Of a DNA stretch of 26,282 nt, positions 1 to 5,805 are shown in pieces. The DNA is from a virus. Taxonomy: Duplodnaviria > Caudoviricetes. The position numbers and the translations under genes are program-made. The stretch is from the IMG/VR virus record IMGVR_UViG_3300045994_000154, positions 1-26,282 of that record. The stretch is one strand, 5' to 3'. The notes beneath the pieces were generated by a model. That model saw only the letters and a list, made by a program, of their open reading frames with translations, was not told the DNA's origin and searched no databases. Each line of letters begins with the position of its first letter. Positions within the stretch are counted from its first letter, which is position 1.

Positions 1-495
1 GATGAGTGCGGCTATCCAAATTTACTAAACGCGAAATTTTGCAGGGTTTGCGGGGCTGAATTTATAGCCGATGATGCGGAAGGCAAATACCGAATGCGCA
101 CCAAAGCTCAAATTTTATCTGCAAAACAAGATGCATTAACTAAGACCTACGAAGTGGCGCACGTAACATTTGACGAATACCTTGACCTTAAACGGTCGAT
201 AATGCATATAAAGATCAATTTTTACGATGAATTTATGGGACATATAGCTAATGACATTTTATGGTTTAAAGAGAGTGGCGGCCCCGCTGACCGGACGACT
301 GCGGCTATTATGTCTATGTTGATTGATAAGAAGAAGTATAGCGACATTGCAAAATTTAAGGGAGGGGTTTGTGTAAAGTCTGTTATGTTCTTGTTTGGGG
401 AGGAATATTACACCAAATTTTTTAAAACGATTCGCTCGGTTACGGTCATAGATGAGGGAAGATTCAAAAAAGTTAAGCAGTGGGCATATAAATAA
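1..495 (+). CDS. 3' part of a larger gene, probably the C-terminal Zn-ribbon region of a RadD/YejH-like SF2 helicase (5'-truncated by the window edge)
   Basis: Frame 1 is open from base 1 (DECGYPNLLNAKFCRVCGAEF...) and runs in-frame into ORF 94..495. The C-x10-CxxCG-x-F motif resembles the C-terminal Zn ribbon of phage SF2 helicases. The helicase core is not visible. Confidence 0.5.
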   Translation, partial: DECGYPNLLNAKFCRVCGAEFIADDAEGKYRMRTKAQILSAKQDALTKTYEVAHVTFDEYLDLKRSIMHIKINFYDEFMGHIANDILWFKESGGPADRTTAAIMSMLIDKKKYSDIAKFKGGVCVKSVMFLFGEEYYTKFFKTIRSVTVIDEGRFKKVKQWAYK

Positions 496-496
496 C

Positions 497-527
497 TTGT
501 TATTATGTAGAAATGTGATAATATACT
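497..527 (+). promoter_or_regulatory. Putative sigma70-type early promoter
   Basis: TTGTTA (497-502), then an extended -10 TGaTAATAT (516-524), with an alternative TATACT (522-527). It sits in an AT-rich gap just after the stop at 495. Confidence 0.4.
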
Positions 528-545
528 TACCAACGAAACGAGATG

Positions 546-587
546 CGCTCTTTCGCCGCTAGCCCCTACTAGATAGGGGCATTTTTT
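546..587 (+). promoter_or_regulatory. nut-like element: boxA-like CGCTCTTT plus a GC hairpin followed by a T-tract (may also act as an intrinsic terminator)
   Basis: CGCTCTTT at 546-553, an 8-nt spacer, the stem-loop GCCCCTA-CTAGA-TAGGGGC at 562-580, then ATTTTTT. Confidence 0.55.
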
Positions 588-604
588 CAACCAGGGGAAT
601 AAAA

Positions 605-1411
605 ATGGGAATTCAAATAAAGAACAAATTAAATGGAGAAGTTATTTTCAGTCATGATGATGAGAATAATACGATTGCGATAGCTGTAAAGGCTGCATTA
701 CATGTGAGCACCGACCTGAGCCGTGCCGACCTGAGCGGTGCCGACCTGAGCGGTGCCGACCTGAGCCGTGCCGACCTGAGCCGTGCCAACCTTAGCGGTG
801 CTGACCTTAGCGATGCAAACCTTAGCCGTGCCAACCTGAGCGATGCCAACCTGAGCGGTGCTGACATGAGCCGTGCTGACCTGATTCGTGCAAACCTTAG
901 TCGTGCCAACCTGAGCGGTGCTGACATGAGCCGTGCTGACCTGAGCCTTGCCGACCTTAGTCGTGCCAACCTGAGCGGTGCCAACCTGAGCGGCGCCAAC
1001 CTGAGTGGTGCAAAACTGAGCGATGCCAACCTGAGCGGTGCTGACATGAGCCATGCTGACCTTAGCGATGCCAACCTGAGCCGTGCTGACCTGAGCGATG
1101 TCAACCTGAGCCGTGCCGACCTGAGCCGTGCAAAACTGAGTCGTGCAAAACTTAGCGGAGCCAACCTAAGCCGTGCAATCCTGAGCGATGCCATCGGTGA
1201 TATGAAATTTATTTTTTCAATGCAAATTGAGACCTACGTAATAACATTTACTGCAGAAGTCTTGCAAATAGGATGCAAGCGATTTACGCATCAAGAATGG
1301 CGGGATTTTGACGACGAAACAATTAATAAAATGGACACGTCAGCGCTTAAGTTTTGGAAAAAATACAAAGATTTTATCTTTATGGCTATTAAATTGAGAC
1401 TAGGGGAATAA
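605..1411 (+). CDS. Pentapeptide-repeat (Rfr-fold) protein with unique N- and C-terminal caps
   Basis: 32 consecutive xA(D/N/K)LS-type repeats. RBS AGGGGA. The C-terminal IGC..F...EW motif is typical of phage pentapeptide-repeat proteins. Confidence 0.92.
   Translation: MGIQIKNKLNGEVIFSHDDENNTIAIAVKAALHVSTDLSRADLSGADLSGADLSRADLSRANLSGADLSDANLSRANLSDANLSGADMSRADLIRANLSRANLSGADMSRADLSLADLSRANLSGANLSGANLSGAKLSDANLSGADMSHADLSDANLSRADLSDVNLSRADLSRAKLSRAKLSGANLSRAILSDAIGDMKFIFSMQIETYVITFTAEVLQIGCKRFTHQEWRDFDDETINKMDTSALKFWKKYKDFIFMAIKLRLGE
707..1186 (+). repeat. 15-bp coding tandem repeat, about 32 units (consensus roughly cgtgccgacctgagc)
   Basis: Directly visible and encodes the pentapeptide repeats. 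It contains a higher-order block gccaacctgagcggtgctgacatgagcc repeated at about 845, 905 and 1025. Confidence 0.95.
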
Positions 1412-1412
1412 T

Positions 1413-1673
1413 ATGAACGATAAAATAATAATAAAAATGGCTGCTTATCAATGGATAAGCGACTGTATGGACGGCGTTATAACAACACGTACATTCGGAT
1501 GTACGGAAGATAAAGACCTCGTAAGAATTAGCGAGTGGGTAGACGTAGAGTTTACCCCTATTTATCCGTGTCCGGTTGTTGATGCGAAAGTTGCAGTTAT
1601 AAATCAAAAGATAATTGATCTTTCGCTTACTAAAATGGAGCTGTTAGGTTTAGCGGTGCAAGACAATGGCTAA
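1413..1673 (+). CDS. Hypothetical phage protein
   Basis: 86-aa ORF with RBS AGGGGA, tightly packed in the operon. Confidence 0.7.
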   Translation: MNDKIIIKMAAYQWISDCMDGVITTRTFGCTEDKDLVRISEWVDVEFTPIYPCPVVDAKVAVINQKIIDLSLTKMELLGLAVQDNG

Positions 1674-1911
1674 ACCGATAACAACGGACGTGTCTATTGA
1701 CGGAATTGATTTTACCGTAACGTATTGGCTAACACCAGAACAAAAGGCCATTATTGATGGCCCTTGGGAAAATGCCCAAGAGGGGTTCCCAGCGGAAATA
1801 GAGATTGAAAAAGTCGTAATCCTCGATTACGACATAACAGATATTTTGAACGAAAAAACATTGATTTCAATCGAATCAAAGATTGAAGAAATGGCAAGCG
1901 AACCAATATAA
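1666..1911 (+). CDS. Small acidic hypothetical phage protein
   Basis: 81-aa ORF overlapping the upstream stop. The motif P.EIEIE.V....DITDIL recurs in small phage proteins. Confidence 0.75.
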   Translation: MAKPITTDVSIDGIDFTVTYWLTPEQKAIIDGPWENAQEGFPAEIEIEKVVILDYDITDILNEKTLISIESKIEEMASEPI

Positions 1912-1926
1912 TTTTTAACCGTACCA

Positions 1927-2054
1927 CCCGGTCGGGACAATAACCGGGGGATGTTTTGGGCTGGCTACTACCTTTCGTGCTGTCCTCAGTCAGTGCCAAT
2001 TCTACGATATAGCCGGGAGCGAGAGCAGGTTATATCCGGGAACCGTAACCCGGA
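1927..2054 (+). ncRNA. Putative structured intergenic RNA element with four stem-loops
   Basis: Stems: CCCGGT/ACCGGG (1927-1948); TTGG-GCTGGCT/AGTCAGT-G-CCAA (1956-1999); GATATAGCC/GGTTATATC with an inner GC-GAGA-GC GNRA loop (2006-2036); TCCGGG/CCCGGA (2035-2054). The G-U pairs favour the + strand. Confidence 0.45.
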
Positions 2055-2089
2055 CACAATTAATTTTTACATAAACCAGGGATTTAAAA

Positions 2090-2461
2090 ATGAACATAGA
2101 TAATTTAACATTTGGCGAATTAAAACAAATTGCATCCATGTTGAACATGGTAAAAGATCAGACAACTACTACTAAGGAATCGTTAATGATTGGTAAATAC
2201 GTGCTTTGCCGTTGCTATTCCGCTGGGGTTCACGCTGGCGAACTGATTTCCCAGGTTGGCGATACGGTGGTATTAAAAAACTCGCGTCGTCTTTGGTCAT
2301 GGGGGAGCAATGGAGGGGTTGCCCTGTCTGGCGTAGCGCAACTTGGATTAATTGCAGGTAAAAAAGTTGATATAATTAACCCTATTATTCAATTAACTGG
2401 ATGCATTGAAACAATTTTATGTTCTGATACTGCCAGAGATTCTATAAATGAATACAAATAA
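2090..2461 (+). CDS. DUF6948-like phage protein (possible Sm/SH3-like beta-barrel)
   Basis: The motif IGKYVLCRCYSAGVHAGEL...VVLKNSRRLWSW...LSGVA..G is recognised from a phage family typically found next to Gly-rich genes. Confidence 0.75.
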   Translation: MNIDNLTFGELKQIASMLNMVKDQTTTTKESLMIGKYVLCRCYSAGVHAGELISQVGDTVVLKNSRRLWSWGSNGGVALSGVAQLGLIAGKKVDIINPIIQLTGCIETILCSDTARDSINEYK

Positions 2462-2678
2462 CGGCTACGGCGACGGCTACGGCGACGGCTACGGCGACGG
2501 CTACGGCGACGGCTCCGGCGACGGCTACGGCGACGGCGACGGCTCCGGCTACGGCTACGGCGACGGCGACGGCTCCGGCGACGGCGACGGCTCCGGCTCC
2601 GGCTACGGCGACGGCGACGGCGACGGCTCCGGCTCCGGCTCCGGCTACGGCGACGGCTACGGCTCCGGCTACGGCTAA
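2448..2678 (+). CDS. Glycine-rich (G-Y/D/S)n low-complexity protein
   Basis: 76 aa; residues 6-76 alternate strictly Gly/X. It overlaps the upstream gene by 14 nt. Confidence 0.7.
   Translation: MNTNNGYGDGYGDGYGDGYGDGSGDGYGDGDGSGYGYGDGDGSGDGDGSGSGYGDGDGDGSGSGSGYGDGYGSGYG
2463..2675 (+). repeat. 6-bp tandem repeat built only from GGCTAC, GGCGAC and GGCTCC
   Basis: Directly visible: about 35 hexamers, with every Gly encoded by GGC. Confidence 0.95.
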
Positions 2679-2690
2679 TTAATAATTAAC

Positions 2691-2741
2691 GACACTCTCC
2701 AGACGCTAGTTAAATCGAAACGTTGCTGGATAAAGAGTGTC
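2691..2741 (+). other. Long interrupted intergenic hairpin (possible RNA processing or regulatory site)
   Basis: Outer stem GACACTCT/AGAGTGTC, inner stems CCAG/CTGG and ACG/CGT. There is no T-tract, so it is not a classical terminator. Confidence 0.5.
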
Positions 2742-2762
2742 ACCAATTAACGAGGGGAATTT

Positions 2763-2978
2763 ATGATAATGAAAGATCAAAAGCACCGCCTACCAGTGCG
2801 AAATTACACGCTGGCAGCTAAAAAAGTAATTATGGGCATGATTGTATTAATTGCCTTTTATGCGGCCTGTGAGCGCCTTATGGCTGCCGATAAAGACCTG
2901 TTATTATCGCCGGATGCTATAAGTTATATGAAGCATTATAAAGGCGGCTATGTATTCTCAGATATGGACATAGAATAA
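2763..2978 (+). CDS. Small hypothetical protein with one hydrophobic segment
   Basis: 71 aa, RBS GAGGGGA, hydrophobic stretch VIMGMIVLIAFYAAC, TAATG coupling to the next gene. Confidence 0.7.
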   Translation: MIMKDQKHRLPVRNYTLAAKKVIMGMIVLIAFYAACERLMAADKDLLLSPDAISYMKHYKGGYVFSDMDIE

Positions 2979-3628
2979 TGAGCAAAGTAATAACCCGCGC
3001 CGAAGCATGTGAACTTATCGGAATTAATCGCCAAAAGCTGTGCAGGATAATAAATAACCATCCTGGCCTTAAATTTCCACAAACATGTGGCTTTACAACA
3101 TCCGCAAAAAATGTAAACGAACTGATCTATGATAGAAAACAAGTCATGGAATGGATAGATAAACACCCTAAAGAATCCCTCCCATCAAGGAATGATAAAC
3201 AAAAGAATAAGACTGCTGTTAGCGCCAAAGCGGTAGCATTGACACAAATATCAATCGCCCAAGCATTAGCACTTATATCTGTTCAAAAACCTAAATTTAA
3301 GACTGTAGGAAAGTCAGTTAAGGTCAGTATTGGATCCGACGACGAAGATGATTTTGATGATGTTGATCTGACGCTAACAAAGCTTTGCAGAGGATGTAAT
3401 GAGGTTAAAACTCTTGATTTTTTTTATAAAAACAAATGCATGTTTGACGGACGTAATACACAGTGCAAAGCTTGCCAATCAGCTAGGGAAAAGGCAAAAT
3501 ATGCAGCCAATCCAGAAGCGCAGAAGTTAAGAATTAAACTAAACCGCGAGAGAAATCCAGAGGCTTACAAAGCCTATCAACTCAACCGATATTATGCTAA
3601 TAAATTAAAACAAGGGGCAGCACAATGA
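2978..3628 (+). CDS. Excisionase/AlpA-like HTH fused through an acidic linker to a CxxC...CxxC Zn-finger/basic helix
   Basis: The N-terminus ITRAEACELIGINRQKL...FP...YDRKQVMEWI is Xis/AlpA-like. The C-terminus KLCRGCNEVKTLDFF...CKAC resembles the N-terminal module of phage HNH endonucleases, but no HNH core follows. Confidence 0.65.
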   Translation: MSKVITRAEACELIGINRQKLCRIINNHPGLKFPQTCGFTTSAKNVNELIYDRKQVMEWIDKHPKESLPSRNDKQKNKTAVSAKAVALTQISIAQALALISVQKPKFKTVGKSVKVSIGSDDEDDFDDVDLTLTKLCRGCNEVKTLDFFYKNKCMFDGRNTQCKACQSAREKAKYAANPEAQKLRIKLNRERNPEAYKAYQLNRYYANKLKQGAAQ

Positions 3629-3969
3629 CCAAAGAAGAAGAATTAACACACCTGGAAACTCACGCTATACACTTGCGCAAGGTATTGGAATTAACAAACG
3701 AGCGCATTGCAGAGCTAACCATTCCAGTCGATAAATTCGCAGAACAAAAGGCCGCATTTAAGGCCGGTAAGCGGATAGCGTGGCGCTTTGATGGAGAATA
3801 TTTTTGGGAAATAACGCCTCGGCCTTCTTGGGATATAAGTTTTGAATACAAAAGCTTTGATGATGATGAAAAAGATAATATCGAAATCGCCATGTTTGGT
3901 ACGTTTTTTAGAGCAGAATTTACAAAATGCGCCCTAACCGGAAAGATTACGGCTGAGGTTGTGCAATGA
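3625..3969 (+). CDS. Hypothetical phage protein
   Basis: 114 aa with ATGA overlaps at both ends. The motif AFKAGKRI...W....P.W....EY recurs in phage accessory proteins. Confidence 0.75.
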   Translation: MTKEEELTHLETHAIHLRKVLELTNERIAELTIPVDKFAEQKAAFKAGKRIAWRFDGEYFWEITPRPSWDISFEYKSFDDDEKDNIEIAMFGTFFRAEFTKCALTGKITAEVVQ

Positions 3970-4169
3970 TTCAGCCAGACGATATGCCAACACCAAACGA
4001 ATTAAAAATACTGGACCAAGCGGGAGAAATTGAGATCCTACGCGCTGCGCTTGCTGATGCGATTGAGTGCGTAATTGAATGGGGAGAATACGCACCAAAT
4101 TATTTTAAAGAAAAACACAAGCTTCAAGATGATATTGACAGACTTAAGAAAGCAATTCGGCCTCTTTAG
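3966..4169 (+). CDS. Hypothetical phage protein, last gene of the + arm
   Basis: 67 aa with ATGA coupling. Its 3' end overlaps the convergent endolysin gene. Confidence 0.7.
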   Translation: MIQPDDMPTPNELKILDQAGEIEILRAALADAIECVIEWGEYAPNYFKEKHKLQDDIDRLKKAIRPL

Positions 4170-4584
4170 CCCTTCTCTTAGTAAGGCCGGAAAGCGCAAC
4201 GCCTCCGGCCTTATTCCATTTCTTAATTTCAGTCTGTGCCGCTATCCAGTCATTTTGATTAACTCTGAATTTTAGGGATGATTTGTTGTAATTACCAATA
4301 CCTAAATTATAGACAAAACTAGCCAGCGCAGCGATACGCTCTGGATTTTCATTATGCAGTATGGGGCTTGCATCAAGTAACTGCGATATTGCGTCAATAG
4401 CCCGCTGTAATAGATGCTGATCAGCATTGGCTTGTGACCATGTTAGCCCTTCACACACCTCCGCACCTGTGCATCCATAACCGATTGTCCAGATACCAGC
4501 GGGGCACTTGTACGCCTTAAGCTTGCATCCTTCAAATTCTTTTAGCAGTGGTATCAATATCGCTAGTATTTCATTCATATTCAT
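4144..4584 (-). CDS. Endolysin, phage lysozyme (GH24)
   Basis: FEGCKLKAYKCPAGIWTIGYG carries the E-x8-C-x5-T catalytic motif. Also ALASFVYNLG and WNKAGG...GLTKRR..E. The start could be at 4578. Confidence 0.95.
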   Translation of the reverse strand: MNMNEILAILIPLLKEFEGCKLKAYKCPAGIWTIGYGCTGAEVCEGLTWSQANADQHLLQRAIDAISQLLDASPILHNENPERIAALASFVYNLGIGNYNKSSLKFRVNQNDWIAAQTEIKKWNKAGGVALSGLTKRRAKEAELLS

Positions 4585-4810
4585 ACACCGGGGTTAAGAG
4601 ATCATGTTCAAGCTCTTTTATCATTAGCAAGATAGTGGCTCGGTCGGTAGTCGTTGACATAAAAAACGGCTCACCGTCTGCTTCCTTGCCGATGACCATG
4701 CACACGTCAAGCAAATTCATCGCGCCTTCAAGCACTTCATTTGCTGTTAAATCCTGATTATCATGGTTAGCTTTTTTAACAAACTGGACTATCTTTAATT
4801 TATCGCTCAT
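4571..4810 (-). CDS. Hypothetical phage protein
   Basis: 79 aa, coupled to PhoH (ATGA) and overlapping the endolysin start. Confidence 0.75.
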   Translation of the reverse strand: MSDKLKIVQFVKKANHDNQDLTANEVLEGAMNLLDVCMVIGKEADGEPFFMSTTTDRATILLMIKELEHDLLTPVYEYE

Positions 4811-5484
4811 TTTCTATACTCCGCGTAAGCCTGTAAAACATGGCGACAGGTGTCAGACCGCACAACATCTTCAATAAGAAATTCTATCAACCCCAAGCGA
4901 GGCACATTTTTTAATATTTTCATCGCTTCATGAAAACCTGAATTATTAATGTAACTCTGGTCAGTGTCGCCCATAAGCACAGCTCGGCTGTTATCACCCA
5001 AGCGCGTAAGTACCAGCTTAATCTGTTCATGTGTTGCGTTCTCTACTTCGTCCAGCAAAATAAGCGCATCATTAAAGGTTTTGCCCTGAATAAAGGCGAT
5101 AGGTTGACACTGAATCCTTCCATCCATCATCATTGAATTAATAACAGACTTTCCGACTCTATCTATGAAAGCATCAATATAATGGTCGATATACGGCTTA
5201 AATTTGTCATCTACTTCACCAGGCAAAAAGCCAATTTTTTCAGAGGCTACACAGGGACGGGTAATAATTATCTGGCTGATAATTCCAGCTTGTAGCAAAT
5301 CTATTGCCTTAGCCGCTGCAATGTAAGTTTTACCAGTGCCAGCTGGTCCAGATAAAATTGTGATTGCATTATTACAGATAGATGAAATTGCTAATGACTG
5401 GCGGGGGTTGCGGGGCTTTAAAAGCTTGGTTGGATGTTCGGATATGTAAACTACTTCTTTTATTTTACGCTTCGGTTTTAGCAT
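4807..5484 (-). CDS. phoH: PhoH-family ATPase
   Basis: Walker A GPAGTGKT, plus ITRP, IGFLPG, LLDEVEN, LTRLG, GDTDQ and DVVRS motifs. Confidence 0.93.
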   Translation of the reverse strand: MLKPKRKIKEVVYISEHPTKLLKPRNPRQSLAISSICNNAITILSGPAGTGKTYIAAAKAIDLLQAGIISQIIITRPCVASEKIGFLPGEVDDKFKPYIDHYIDAFIDRVGKSVINSMMMDGRIQCQPIAFIQGKTFNDALILLDEVENATHEQIKLVLTRLGDNSRAVLMGDTDQSYINNSGFHEAMKILKNVPRLGLIEFLIEDVVRSDTCRHVLQAYAEYRK

Positions 5485-5521
5485 AAATAGTCCGATTTAA
5501 ATTAAAAAAAATGTCGGTTAT

Positions 5522-5595
5522 TGGAGCGGAATATGGGAATCGAACCCCTGACTTGAGTTTGGAAAACTCTAGTTTTGCCATTAAACTAATCCCGC
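5522..5595 (-). tRNA. tRNA-Gly (anticodon UCC), 74 nt, CCA encoded
   Basis: Reverse complement GCGGGAT TA GTTT AATGGCA AAAC T AGAGT TT-TCC-AA ACTCA AGTC AGGGG TTCGATT CCCAT ATTCCGC T CCA folds as a cloverleaf. G1-C72, C2-G71 and U73 are Gly identity elements. Confidence 0.92.
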
Positions 5596-5628
5596 ATTAT
5601 TCATAGCTTACTTATTGGGTTAAAAGTA

Positions 5629-5805
5629 TCATTTAAACGCCCAATGATTTTCATCGCTCGTTAACTCTCCATCTATTGTAACCATGTCAAAGTCTACTTC
5701 GGTATTCTTGTGACCGCACCGTGGGCATTTATGCACCTGAGCGGCTCCGTGGTCGATGATCATCAACTTTGTCTCGCAGTGTTTGCATTTGTAAAAGATG
5801 GTCAT
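5629..5805 (-). CDS. 58-aa C4 zinc-finger protein, Mu Com-like (absent from the ORF track)
   Basis: Translated by hand: MTIFYKCKHCETKLMIIDHGAAQVHKCPRCGHKNTEVDFDMVTIDGELTSDENHWAFK. The start overlaps the methyltransferase stop (ATGA, 5802-5805). Confidence 0.7.
   Translation of the reverse strand: MTIFYKCKHCETKLMIIDHGAAQVHKCPRCGHKNTEVDFDMVTIDGELTSDENHWAFK

Noticed and set aside
652-1194. Minus-strand repetitive ORFs 652-1194 and 698-1054
   Set aside because: They are stop-free shadows of the 15-bp pentapeptide repeat. The + frame has the RBS and the recognisable caps.
1751-2103. ORF 1751-1999 (-) and a hand-found 50-aa ORF 1951-2103 (+)
   Set aside because: The first is antisense to a better gene. 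The second has no properly spaced RBS and atypical composition, so RNA structure explains the region better, though translation is not excluded.
2448-2461. Programmed frameshift fusing the DUF6948-like and Gly-rich ORFs
   Set aside because: It would need a +1 shift, and no recognisable slippery site is present. An ATG at 2448 allows simple coupling.
707-2675. 15-bp and 6-bp arrays as CRISPR arrays or iterons
   Set aside because: No unique spacers and no cas genes. Unit lengths are multiples of 3 and lie inside ORFs.
5522-5595. tRNA as an attachment site, or as supply for the Gly-rich protein
   Set aside because: No integrase, duplicated 3' end or host genes flank it. The Gly array uses only GGC, which a UCC anticodon does not normally read.
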